Below, piece by piece: positions 1 to 13,800 of a stretch of DNA of 50,126 nucleotides. The translations under genes were made by a program, and so were the position numbers. The notes below the pieces were generated by a model that saw only the letters and a list, made by a program, of their open reading frames with translations, was not told the DNA's origin and did no database searches. The DNA is from Phoronis australis (Eukaryota; Animalia; Phoronida), in NCBI GenBank assembly GCA_002633005.1, contig NMRA01001139.1:1-50126 (forward strand), read 5' to 3'. Position 1 is the stretch's first letter, and every line of letters begins with the position of its first letter.

Positions 1-34
1 GTTAATACAAAAGTTGGTGTGTCTTTTTTCACAG

Positions 35-165
35 TGTCCGTTCTTCACCTGATTCTGCTTAGAAAGGTGGCGTCAGATTTGTATATGATATGGGTGGATT
101 GAAGATGACCATTATCGCATTTATTTAAAAAACTAACTAAAACGTTCTTGGATAAGGAAAACTTT
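35..165 (+). pseudogene. Possible decayed DED-like exon of an upstream paralog
   Basis: After a ttttttcacag acceptor it reads SVLHLILLRKVASDL, resembling KLHLKLLRTVSLGL in the 25119 exon. Continuation needs frameshifts. Confidence 0.3.
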
Positions 166-3100
166 TGTTAATCCACAGTGATCTAGTCTTGTGGGGTAAA
201 TTCATGTTAGATCTCATACATGTACTTTAATACTTTTCATTTTAAACGTTAAGATTTGTTCTTCTTAATACATATCACTTCATTTTTTACCATGTTTAAG
301 GAGTTTTTAATGCATGTGTATATTTTATGTTCATAGATACCACAACCATACACCGTGTGTATATGCTTCACAGTAAAGGAATAAAAACTATTTTTTTATA
401 CTCTAGTATTAGGTCAAAGTCTAATATTCTGGGTTATTTGCTTTAGGGCATGAGTAAAAGCATTGTTTTTGCTTGTATTTGGTGTATCATTCGTTCAATT
501 TTTTTATCCAAGCAATTGTTCAAATTCTTAGACAGTACGTAACATTTTGGTCATGGTAGAAGCAAAGATAATGATAACTCGCTTTACATTTGCAATTTGC
601 TACCTTTGAAACCAAATTTCTAGCTCGCCTGCACGAATTCCAGCTGGCAAAAATTTCCCATAAATTGTATGCGCCAAATTGATTCTAGCGAATAGAGAAA
701 ATGTTTAAATATTGCCTTTGTCTCTGATGTAGGTATTCCCAAATTTTAGGCCGCGAGATTGAATTCTTAATGTTTTATGAAATTGTTTTTCTCTACAGCT
801 ATTGAAAAGCCCTGGATGAGCATGTTGCAATGCAAATCAAATCCGTGCAGCCTGACGTTCCCGTAAGGGCTTTATACAATGTACATCTGCCGTGCTATGA
901 CACATCCTTTTGCAAGTTCTAAGTACTTGTCGCAAGCCTACGTGAAAATTGAATCAGTGCTCTTAAACAGCCACGTGCTTTCCGGTAAGCAAATATTGAC
1001 CGTAAAATTGAACAAAATATTCATTGAAAAAATATCCAGGACTCTTTTGTTATTGATCTACGGCATGATTGTCATCAAAGTCGTTAAAAAAGCAAAGATA
1101 TACCCTATAACTATGAGTGCAAACTTCTTCAGTTTGTTTGCTCTTCAAATTTTGCGACTCACAGGATTGAAAAATCCTGTCGATAAACAAAACCGCTTAA
1201 ATTTTTCCTAGCCGAATGACGTATTGTGCATTTAACGTTATCGATTTGGGACAGAGTTTGTATTACTTTTGGTTCAATTTCTTAAAATGACAACAATTGT
1301 CAAACCAACGGATCGATCATCAGGACCAATTCAGTTCAGATATCACTACAACATTTATGTGGCTTATACTGTTTACGTTTTCAGACATTAGTTTTTCATA
1401 TCATAACTAGCTTCCAAATAGTAACCATTCCGTGCAGGTTTCCATTATCGGGTTATTAGATTTGTTTCCTGAGCACGAAATACACTGTACGTGTCACATA
1501 ATTATTCCACAAAATAGGTAGACTCAAAACGACACATGACCCCAGCATGCATGTTGCTAGGGTTACTTCGCCTTCGGAAGCATAAAACAATACCGGAATT
1601 TTGCTATTAAACTTTCATGAAAGTCGGCGTCTTTTGGAAAAGTAATTTGTTGTTGAGTAAAATGATAGTGTGACCCACTGTAGACTGCGTTAGTGGCAAA
1701 TTCAAACCACGCGGTCGCTTACAGAATACCACATCTCCATTGACCGCTCCAAACATAATACACTGCTAATCGAAACGTTGATTCAGTTACCACATTTTAA
1801 ACGCATTATGCAGTTTTGAAAACCAATTTTAGTGAGTCAAACAACGGTTGGGCGCTTGCCAGAGCTGTTGGCGTTTTATTGAAGTTTTTCAAATGTTATG
1901 AGTTGCGATTAGTAGAGCAGTGGGCGCTTGTTCCGAAAAATTTCAAAGATATGTAATTTGGCGCAAATTTGAGTGTTGCCGTTGTTGTGAATGATTGCCG
2001 AACTGAGAACTCAAAAGATTGCAGTAGCAAGAATTGTTGTAATACTATATTTTTGTGCGACGCACACCAGCAAAGCGTAAATGCCTGGATATCGTAAACA
2101 CCTACAGATTTTTAGACACCCGCAATTCTAATTTTCTTTGGCTGATGTTTCACTCGGAACAGTATTCCTTCCAAGCGAGTTTTACACCAGTAAAGATCAG
2201 TGACGTACTTGTAGTTGGCTGACTACAATGTACCCGGGGAGCAAAAAAAAATCGCTTGCTGTACGCGAATATTCCGAATAATGATTCTCTGGTGGGACCA
2301 CGACCGTGCGCGTAAATGACTTGACCAAGCATTTTTAAAAATGCAATAGGACTTGGGATATTTTAATTGGATAATCTGGACATTTTATTTGAAAAATTGA
2401 TATGTTTTTCACCACAACGCCAGTTACGTTGATCGTTTCAGAATTATTGGAAGCATTGCTGTTTTGTACCGTTTTTTAAATTGTTCTTCCGGGGTGCAGA
2501 ACTTTCTTAGGCGCATCCGAAAATTTTCAAAAGTAGTCAAACATACTAGTCGACGAAACGATTTAAAGATCGAATCTGCACTATTTCATGTTCACGCAAT
2601 ACATGCCTGTTCACAGCATGTGTTAGTGTTCTTTTGAACTTGCTTTGGCAACAACTAACTAATGGCCGGACCCACACGAGGTGTTTCATATTTCCCAGGT
2701 ATCAGCAGGTACAAGTGTAGAGACACAAACTCAGCACGCATTATGCTTGACATTTCAGGTCGCACAGTTTGACTTGACACGAGAAGCCAAAACCTGAGCT
2801 TTCATTTCAATTTGGGTGTGTAGAGTAGTATTATTGCATCATTCTGACGTGTGGAGACTGAATTCAATAATAGCAGTTAGTTAACGGTAACGATGTAACT
2901 TTATTTTAAAATAGAAACATTCTCGTCATGGTTGCGCTGCCGTATTTAAAAGATTAACGGGCATTCAGTTGATGAAAGTGGATTATGAAATTAATCACTA
3001 CGAGTGAATATTACCTTAGAGCAGGTCACCAAAGAACAGTCGCGTCTGTTAATTGCACATGTTATGTAAGCGAAAGTGACCTATATGTAGGCCTAATTTT

Positions 3101-4824
3101 GTTATTTGATCTCGATGCTCTGTTCTAAACGTCACTTATATACTGCGAGCTCAATAAATATTTCTCAAAACAATTAAAATGATAGCAATGACGCTTGCTT
3201 GATTTTAATCAGGCCACATTTTTATTGGTCAAACGTGTATCGAGTTTTTAAATTTTAGTGAAATGAAGTACAGCTTTGACGTGCCAGTGTACGTCTAATT
3301 GTTGATTTCCAGATTTTGTTCTATTAATAGATGGACTGGTGTACATGTGACGCATTGTACTACGGGGTGATTTTACATAAATAATGGAAATTTAAAGATT
3401 TAGTTAGATATTTTTCTAGTATTCAATTGTTTGACAGTGCAACATGTTATAATTTTTGTGGTGACTGCTATTGTTCTACCGCCCAATATTTTCCAATTTT
3501 ACACATTATCTATCAGTATTTCTTTCTATATTTTGTCCAAGTGACCTTGGGATCCAAATGGCAGTCGGCTACTAGAGACGCAACCTGAAATTGCGGCTTT
3601 TGTTCAAGTTGTTGAATTTTTGTATTCCTTGTTTGTTTGTCATCAAATCTGCCGTGATTGTAGCGTTGCATATTCTCCGAGACCATATATTTTTGACATT
3701 TCCCTCTTTACGCACCATTCTGAAACGAAATGTTGAATAAAGTAAATCGTCAGAAATTCCAAATTTGTAGATACAATATAGAAAGTTGTATAAATGCCGA
3801 AACACCATTTTGAACGTCTGATTGTAAAAGGGAAAAACGAGAGTCAAAAAAAACAAATTGCAACAACTTTTATTTGGTTAGTCACGCTCTCTTTAATTAG
3901 TTCCTTGCGATTGTTAAATGCCCCTTTAAATATATTCAAGAACTGACAAATGTATCAATTTATCGCGTGTACACGTGAAAACTGTCTGGAAAAGCGCTCT
4001 TTTTAAAAGCAACGCTTGGCCTGTCCAGACTGCTGCCACGTCGTCTCAAGAATAGCAGAACAATTTTGTGCTTGCGTCGAAATGGGAGACAAATGATTGA
4101 TTGGATTTCTGAACAGCAATCTTGACAAGAAGAATGGTTTTGGTGAAATGTGTTTCAACGTGCGTTTAATTTGTAGAGAATTCTATATTCTTTTCGTGAA
4201 CGTTTTGCCTGCTTGGATTTTGTTGGATGCCATTTACAAGTTGAAATGTGTTTAGTTCCGTGTGCCGGTGTTCCTGACCAGTAACAGACCCTTTACCAAG
4301 GATTGCCCTGCATTTTTTTCATAAAAAACATCATACTTCAGTTGCGTTTTGATAATATCCTATGCCAATGTCCAATTTACCCTATATTGATTTTCTCTCT
4401 TCTTTCTATTTCTGTTTGTTCCTGACTGATTCGTTAGAAATTATTTTGGACCTCAGGAAAAAAGTGAAACTGGACTTTACAAATTATTTTGACCATGTTT
4501 TTCAATTCATGCCTCCAGCAGGGATTGGTTTGGGGTAGACCTAATAATTAAGGAAAATGAGACGACCATGTAAGCTTTACCCATATAATTGCAGTTTTCA
4601 TATACACTAACAATACTTTTGTCTTGAACTCTCGAAAAATTGATCTCTAAAAATGATAAATTTTTAAGTTTAAATATCAAGGTCACGTTAATGACAATAA
4701 CAGTGATAGCTTGTCTTAGCTACAACCAGTCGTAAGTCGGACTTTTATAAAAGTGTCCATAGTTTTAAAGAACATGTCATGTCTTTGCTCTGAGGATTAT
4801 TACTGACACAAACAATCCTTCTAC

Positions 4825-4890
4825 ATGAGCGACGTAACCTTGTTCTCTAAAAATGATGATCCATTCCAACGACAACTGGTATATTACGAG
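4825..4890 (+). CDS. Putative first coding exon (MSDVTLFSKNDDPFQRQLVYYE)
   Basis: First in-frame ATG after a TGA at 4804. Strong GAG|gtaagc donor, phase 0, matching the next exon. May be the second half of a degenerate ANK repeat. Confidence 0.5.
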
Positions 4891-7800
4891 GTAAGCAGAT
4901 GGTAGATTTAGTAATTTTGTGTGCAAATGTGTTATTTCAACGTTTTCTGTGGTGAGTAATTAAGATTCACGGTGAAGTTAATGATTGTGAAGTTTGCTGT
5001 AACTTGTTCATTGTTTCTGCAGGACGACACAGCACTGCACTGGGCAGCAGTGGAGGGACATACAGAGGTGGCGCGTGTTTTGTGTAAAGCAGGCGCTAAC
5101 GTCAACAAGCAAGGCGGGGTAATAGAAGCTACTTGAGACGATTTTATAATTAAGACAGTGTTACAAAGCTGTAGACTACCTGAAATTTAACTAAACATGT
5201 TAGTTGTAAAACACTTTCTATTTCTCATGATTTCGACATGTATTTTCAATCTGTGCCGGGTACATGCATCGTTAGAAACAGTGAGGTTTGAATTGTGTCA
5301 ACAATATATTTGGCGACTTAACGTTGATATTTTTCTATTCTTAATGGTAATCATCCATTCAACATTGCAACTTTATATTAAACAGGAAGCCGTTAAACCG
5401 GTGTATAAACACAACATGGAGGGGTCTCTGTGAATTTATGAAGGTGCTCAGTACTTTCTGACAGTAGACGTCTACACCATGTTCTGTTCTTACTTCAAGG
5501 TTTTAAAATCACCTGTAAAACTTGAGTGATCATTACAAGTATTGTAGCGTCTTAGAGGGGTCAGTAATGTTTCATTTATGTCACCTTACAAGTTCACTTT
5601 GCCCCGTGTATGTTAATTTGCTCTGAACGTTGATCGTCCATTCACACATCTCCATTATATATTACATAGTGGGGCCGGACACCGCTGCACTGTGCAGCAT
5701 GGGATGGTCATACACAGACAGTGAAGTGTCTTGTGGAACACAACGCTACAGTGGATGTCCGTGATCAGGTAATTAATGTGCGTGATCAGGTAACTAATGA
5801 CACACAGGTTGTTTGGTTGAACTAGTTGTTTACACAAGAGATGATTAAAACTGTTGAAGAACAAATTTTGTTGATATTTTTCAAACTTTTATGTCTTTAA
5901 ACAATGTCAAAATAAATGTCGTCTGCTTTCCAACAGAGAACTGCCAAAGCTGCATCCGAACATTTCAGTTGATCCATTATTGTTGTTTTATTTACCTATA
6001 TATATTCTACATTTCGTCAAACAATAGCTTCCTTCAGACGATCTGGATCGCCTCATTTAGTTTCAGAATTATTTTCTACGTTATTTTGATTGTCCAACAC
6101 TTTACAGCGCACAATTACTTGCTGTGTGTTACCGGCCTGTAACGAGACAGGGAACACTGAACACGCTCTGTTGTTTTGTTCTTAAATTTGACATTTCCAG
6201 TTTGAAATCATTGCAAGTATTGTTGTGTCTTAGAGAGGTCAGTAATGTGTCATTTATGTCACCTTACCTTGTGTATGTTAATTTGCTCTAAACGTTGATC
6301 GTCCATTCACACATCTCCATTATATATTACATAGAGGGACTGGACACCGCTGCACTGTGCAGCAGGGAGTGGTCATACACAGACAGTGAAGTGTCTTGTG
6401 GAACACAACGCTACAGTGGATGTCCATAATAAGGTAATTAATGACACACAGGTTGATGAACACACAATACGTGATAAGGCTGAATTATTGGGTGTTTTAA
6501 TTATATAATCACAAATTGTAATTTTGTTTGTAAAGGTTGAATTCACGGCACGTGTAGTGACGCGCACGTGACGTGACGTGCTCGCGACATTAAGTTATTA
6601 GAAACAGTTTTCACTTCACCTGGAGTTGTACATTGAGCAATTGTTCTTTACTTGCATTTCCATAGCACTCACTAAATGATCGTGGCTCTGTTGTAATATA
6701 TAACATCAAATTGTGATATTTAAAATCATCTTTTCAGTCGCGTGACTACAACAGATTAGCATTTAAGAAATCGCGCTCATTTTTGTCTGAGTTTAAATGT
6801 CAGGTGTAGTCGCCTCTGTTGAGTCACCCACTTCATACAGTAAGTATGCAACTGATGGCGAAGTTCTGAAAGGTATTAAGCGTGACTCCCTGTTGACGCA
6901 CCCACTTTGCTATGTATGATGCTGATCAGCATTCTATCAATTTTGTTCATTTACTGTAGGATGGAGACACACCCTTGCATCTTGCATCCCTGAGAGGACA
7001 TGCAGCAGTCGTGGAACTGCTGGTCCATAAAGGCAGCTGCGACGTAACTGTCGTAAACAAGGTATCTCAAGAGTGTTGTACTCCAAGTTTAGTTAATGCT
7101 GCAATAAATGTGTTTTAAATGAATATTGATTTCGAGGAATTGTTCACTCATAATAAATATCTCATTAAAACTGATCTACCTCTTTACTGGAGTTACATAA
7201 AGTCACTTCTTACATGCAAGTACCTGAATAAACTACATGTAAACTATAGAAAAAACAAAGCACTGCGAAACTAATTCACGCAAGGTGATCTTTTTGATCC
7301 ATTCTAGATTTCGGATCTGTTTATAAGTTCGTTTACATACTTCGGGGGGCCTACCCCCTGGCTGCCGTAAAAGCATAAGTGCGAGGAAATATTGAGTTCA
7401 TCGATTAACAACGGTAATTGTTGTGCAGCTAAGGGGGCTGTTAGACCCGATTGGAAGTGTCTGGTTCAGATGACCTTCGTGAACATTTTCCCATTTTTAT
7501 TTTTTTTGTCCGCTAGTTTTGAATAGAAACCTGCAGAAATTCGAGCCTTCCTGTCTCTCAGCCTGGGTACGCGCGTACTTCAACGTGCATTGCACGAATG
7601 CCCGCGAGAAAATGTTACCCCCCTTGTGATATCCTAGATCTGCCACTGGTTTGATATGTGTGTATATGTAGATGAACAAGGATATATATTTCTGGATGTT
7701 GGTGAATTCAGTTGCACATGTAGGTAACGCAGTGCCGTGTTTTCGACTTTCTTTTTTACTTGGCTCAAAATATCGTGTGGTACTTAGTTTCGTTCACATC

Positions 7801-10800
7801 ACATCTTTGTGTTGTGTCAATCAGTTTTATTCGTTAAAGCTTGAGCATGTATTTTACAAGATTGTTGAAAAGCAAACATTTTGTCATCGTCCTTCTGCCT
7901 GACGTGGTGCCTGCTTGTCAAATCTTAATTGGTCTTGACTAAATGTGTGTGGGTGGCCACGGTGTCAGAAGTTGCATATACCTGTGTCAAACACACTGTA
8001 ACAGTCCAAATATCTCATTTATTATACGCCATAAATACAACATAAGCTTTAATATATGTTTAAGTGATATGGAAGATTGAAAAAACAGGACATGTGGACA
8101 TGATTGTTAGGTTTTGCGAGCACTAGTTACAAGATACGTTGAGCTTGAGGATTTATCAATTTATCTGAGACGTTGGAAATGAACTAGAACTACGGACTGC
8201 AAGCATCCATGTTATGTTTTTAGCTTTGTTGTTTTTTCTATTTAAATAAAAATATTAGTATTACGACTGAAAATGCATTTTTATAAGCATTGTTCAATTG
8301 GATAGACGGCATTAGCTTTAACCGGACATATGAAAACAATAAGTTCCCTTATGTTTGCGTTTTTATTACAAATCGAAAATTCTTGCCATCAGTCTGTGGG
8401 GTTCAAATCACCAGCAAAGCACTTGTCTGCTAACACCAAGACATTGTGGGGCGTATCTCAAGTACTTCCAATAGTACACCAAAATGCATGAATAGTAACT
8501 CGTAATAGCCCAGTGATTGTAAAACTCTGGCTTTTCTAGAGTTCATTGCTTTGATGGTGGATTATCTATCTTGGGAGCAGGATCAGGAATATAGTTTCGA
8601 ACTGAAGATTTAACGTAAAGCAGCGGACATTAATTCCTGAAAATATGGTCTAGGGCATGGCTTTAAAAAGACCACTTGTAATCAAAAGATAATGAAAAGG
8701 AGCTTCAGGTGTGTGCTTGGTGGGCTATGTAAAAATCGACAAAACATGATAGAAAACAGCAAAACATACTGTAAGGACACCGCTGTTACTCATGGAAAAC
8801 GGGGACAGGCATTTGCGAACGAGCGGAATGGAAACGTGAAAAGTTTGCTACTACTTTGTCTTGAACAAGTCGGCAAATACCCGACGACAAACTTATCTCT
8901 AGTTTGGCCCGTAACACCGCCTTTAAGAATTATCTCTTTAGGTAGAAGATTTGGGGAAGCATGTGTGAAGCGAATTAAAATGGCGTGGCGTTGACCAGAA
9001 TGGCAATGCAAACTGGAAGAATACTGTGTGACGTAGATGTAGACATGAGAACCCGGTGACATAATTATTGACCGAAAAAACAAAAAAAAACATCAGTATA
9101 GTTAAAAATTTGATGATTAGATTGGGAAAGCTTTAGGGCAGTCATCCCCACACAAAAAGTTATGGCAGTGACAATACTAATGTATCGAACTTGAGCTTGA
9201 TTAGAAACGGAGGATTAGTGTCACATTGTCGCAAATTCGTTCAGTATCGACAGAGTAGAGTACTAACGTTTTGGCAGGTGTTTTGTAATAAAAATGTTGA
9301 TGGTAATCTCTTTTGACCGGGGTACGTCACGAGCTATGTTGCAGAGTAAAACAAGAGGAGGATTGCGAATAATGTTATTTATTATGACGTAAATATATAA
9401 AAATAACTCTGCAAGATGGGCATGGACAAAACGCGTGTGCAATGAATAGCCCTGGGAACCAAAACAAAAGAAATGCCTGAAGGGCCTAAAGAAAAAGTAC
9501 AGAACATGAACAAAAACTGGAAGATACTGAACAGGTAGTGTATATGAGCGAAAGAAAAAAAGTAGAACCGACACCCGGGATGGGGGAGGGGGGGATGGGG
9601 AAAAGTGCAGAGAACGAACGTAGGTCTTGTAGACGACGAGGTACATGTAGGTGGATGAATGAGCTGGAACATGTTGAACTGAACAAAGGAAATATGGGCG
9701 ACCAATCAGGTGTCGTATGGAGAAATGCATGCATACAAAAGTAGTCCCTTGAGGCTATAAATAGAGTTGAGTAGTTAAAATTAAACCCTTAGGGTTGATA
9801 TCAAAATAAAGAGACAAATGTCAAAATAATGACGATAAATACATTTAACAAGTTAAATTTAATTTATTCGTAATCAGTCACTTCCTTCATTATTAAAGAC
9901 GTTATATTACAGTAACATTAATCTACTTTCCTCTTCTATGTGATTTATCGGATAACATATACTTTTATAGATGACTATGGTGCAACCTACTTTAATTTCT
10001 TGGGTGTGAGCATTTTAGTAACTGAAAAATATTTAGTGACCGAAATGTTTACTAGAAGAGAAATAAGTTCTACAGATTATTCGAATTTTAAATAACCTCA
10101 CTCAAAGTGACTTAGTTTTGATCCTACTCCACAACTGTTTATGTTCCTGGCGTAATTTGATTTGTATACTCTATAATCGGCATAGGTTGTTTGTAAAATG
10201 TACTGGTCCTCGCATAACCACATTTCCCCGCCACTTGCAGAAGTGAGGTAAGTTACAGAAAGATCGCCGACTTGCAGCAGTAAATGGTAGCCTGGCTTCA
10301 TTATCATCATTCCTTTATTTACTTGTACTAAAATATAAACTACTGTTGTTCACGTGGACAGTTCAATGACTCAGAAACGCACTGTCTGCAACTGCGTTCC
10401 ACCTGATTTTACTATTTTGTAACCAATAGATTATCCACAAGTGGGAGTTGATCGACACCGGGGAGTGGCATGCCATGTCAGTATAATCAAATGCCAACCA
10501 TTGGAATGGTAGGGACAATCTTAATGCTTCGAACAAACGCTTTTTTGGAAACTCAAAGATTGGTATCCGAAACCTAAAAATGTAAGCCAATTGGTTCAAT
10601 CAATCGGATTATTCAAACTTACGACGTCAACAGCCAATTATCGGTGCTCGGTGCGGAAAAATTGGAATTATTTAGTCCAGTGCCCCAGTCGCAACACGCC
10701 GTCAGATCAACAGACTGTGTTGTTTAGTATTGCAGAGTCTGGTGGATTTGAGTTGGTCAGCTGAAATGAACTGAAGGAAACTGAAAAGTTTCCGTGAGTG

Positions 10801-13800
10801 AAACTTTACTTATCCGTTACACAATGGAAGACGTTTAGGTGCATTCAATTTTGAAATGGAGTTTCAAATGAAAATTACTAGAAAGGTGAACATCGCAAAA
10901 CAGAAACAGTTTAAAGAAGAAATGATTACTGCTTATTTTTAAAAAAGTGTTCACAAGATTGTGTTTCGTGACCCCCAATCGATAATTTCCTTATTTTCGA
11001 AATCCTTTGTTTTAGAGCACTTTACCTTGGAAAGCACTTTTACCTCGGAGGGTAAAATTCTGGCATTCTATATTATCTGTTACTGAGGCTTCAAAGTCTA
11101 TATACTCTTACGTACTTATGGGCCGTGTTAAGAGTTTAAATCAAAGTCAGTTTGAGATGCCACCTTGCGTTTAAAAATACTGTGTCAAATTTTACACCGT
11201 TCTTGCATGAAGTGCGAAGGTAGATGTATATCAGTAATGTGAGATAAATTGCTGGCGAGTTATTTTTGTCCGACACCTTGTGAGTCTGAGGTATGTACTT
11301 GTAAGTGTTGAAATTTTGTGGTGTACGAATGATAGTCATGTGCTTATGAACAAGTGGTTGGCAATTTTTAAATCTTAAACGTTGTGGATCCGCTTTGCGT
11401 GTTGGTTTCACGAGCATTCACAAACAGCAGTATATGAAAGTTCACGAAACTGAACAATTAAACACACACCCCTAGCTTTACCGACGAAATTTTCACAGCT
11501 CACCGACGTGATTCATTTCATGAGCGTTTAGTCGTGTTTTGTGAGTGCAAGTTTGAGTGCCCTTACCTAAGTTAATACATGTAAGTTACCTTTGTTCTGA
11601 AGTATCTCAGCCATATTTTTCGGCGAACCTGAACATTGTGCACAATGTGCTATGAATTATGAATTGTCCTAGTGGTAGTAACAATCACAATGACTGGATA
11701 CCAAAACACTCAGATTTGTTTCCAAAATGCTTTTGCACGTTAATCAGCTGCAAATTTGTCGAGTCCACTTTACACTGATCTGACCGACGAAGAGGAAATA
11801 CTGCGAGAACGACGGTGTAAACCGGCGACGTCAGCAGCAACATAGCGGCTGCAAGTGAAATACGAAATTATTGCAACACAGTGATGATAAGAACTAACCT
11901 GAATCGTTTCATTTTGATTATTGATATTCATTACTATTATTCTATGATTTTGTTGATCACCTTATATACCAGTTCACTTTCAAAATTTGACTGACGTGTG
12001 CTGCATCAGCCATTTCCTTTTCCGTTCAGAAATCGGAGATCCTTTGATGATGAATATATTTTTGCGGAATGAGTAAAAAATACACACTCACCGTTTCTTT
12101 TCGATTGGGTTTGAATTTTGAAAATTTGCCAAGACAGCTTCTCAGTCCTCCTGCCATCGACATGAACGCGAGCCATCTGATTTTAAAACATGGTGCTGTT
12201 GAAAAGGTGATGGTGTCATGATGCTACCAACTTGCAGCGGTATAGATGCTGCTGCTTCGCTTACCACATATGCGCGTGATAAGGGCTTGTAGGCCTTAAT
12301 TGAACAGTATGCGTATTTTTAAAACATGAACAAAAAGGTTACGACACCTGCTGGTGTGTCTGATACTAACGAGAAACACTCACCACCACGTGATGCGTGC
12401 ACAAAGATTAAGGCAAAGCACTTTGATTATTAAACATTTTAAATATTTTGATATGCACTATCGTTTGTGTATGTTGTCTACACTTTACTTATGTAATAGT
12501 CAAGACACAATGTGAATGTTTAGATAAATTTGAAGAACTTGTAGCTAAAGGAAGTCAGTAAATTAAGTGAAGTTTCATTTCATTTTCCAATCTGTGATAT
12601 TGTCGTCTTCAATCTCTGGTTAACACGTGAACCTACCAGCCTCATTTGGCCATAGATGTAAGTGTCCAGTTCATAGTTGTGGTACATTTCACGTGCTTGA
12701 TACCGTATAGTGCATTTTATCACGTGTTAGGAAGTAAATTTGCATGACTTGTGTTACTTTTCAAGGTGGGTTTTAATGTTAGTAAGTCGTGTTTTTCAGG
12801 ACGGAAAAACAGCTTACGATGTCTGTGAAGACGAGAAAATAAAGACACTTCTTAAGGTATGCACTGGTGAAAAAACAGTCGATTTTGTTACGAAGTCCAT
12901 ATCGCTGTTCTTTTAAGATCTGTGTAATAACCCTCGTGTCAGTATTAGTAATCTGAAGGAATCGCATTAGCGTTGCCATTAATCTTCGAACCAGCAAAAG
13001 CAACAACTTCGTTACATTGAGGTGTCTCAAACCAAAAGATGACGTAGGGGGTATGTACGCGTATAATAAAAGCGTCACGCTCAAGAGCTCTCGGTGTTCA
13101 ATGTACATGCATGTAAGTAGAGTGTAGCACACTGTGGAGATTGCTCACACGATAGTCACTTGCGTTACTGATATTTAGCGCAAGAGAAAAAATCATTCAA
13201 TATTGCATAATATTAACGCTGCATTTCTTCTATTCAGCTGGTTTAATACTATCATATAAGACTTTTCACTCTAATGACTTAAATCTTGTGCAGTATTGTT
13301 TACAGCTAGGATTCTATTTCAGTCGTAACTAAAACACCGAAATTACAGCACACGCCAAGGTAAACCACACAACACCGTATCCGTGACATGACGGTCAATT
13401 CCGTTTGCATTTATTTCACTCTAGGCAATGTCATCCGTGATGAAATGACGCCCCATAATGGCTGTAGTAACGCACTAGCCCAAAATCTAGTGCTACTGAA
13501 AACGTTGACCAAATTTCCAATCTACACTGTACAGTGCACTTAGCGGCATAATATCAACGACTTGATTATCGTCGTCCTTTATTGTGCAATGCAATTTTAT
13601 ATGGTTTTTCATGCCTCAGTGACCGACAGTCGTGCATATTTTACTATCCCTTTCAATCACTCGAAGTTTCGTGTTTGCTATAGTTTTAGCGCCCAAGTAT
13701 ACGTCCGACGCCTGGTGTTAAAACTCAGCAGACGTTGAAAAATCACTATCTCTATGAAACCTGGCAACAAATTCCAAAAATGTGCTTTAAGGAGCATAAG

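Larger units (their letters stand above)
5529..6453 (+). repeat. Direct duplication of an exon-plus-flanking-intron cassette (about 5529-5810 and 6207-6453)
   Basis: 5606-5669 vs 6271-6334 has 1 mismatch in 64 nt. 5529-5589 vs 6207-6267 has about 5 mismatches. Both copies end in taatgacacacaggttg. Exon offset is 665 nt. Confidence 0.95.

Noticed and set aside
879-1211. 110-aa ORF
   Set aside because: No domain similarity; composition typical of AT-rich non-coding DNA.
8075-8130. KTGHVDMIVRFCEH* resembling a cryptic extra ankyrin exon
   Set aside because: No TPLH motif, in-frame stops and no suitable splice sites; likely chance.
8390-8430. GGTTCAAATC B-box-like motif (tRNA or SINE)
   Set aside because: No cloverleaf or A-box; at most a SINE fragment.
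9263-9744. Four overlapping ORFs on both strands
   Set aside because: Purine/pyrimidine-skewed low-complexity intronic sequence; no recognisable domain and no splice-compatible exon.
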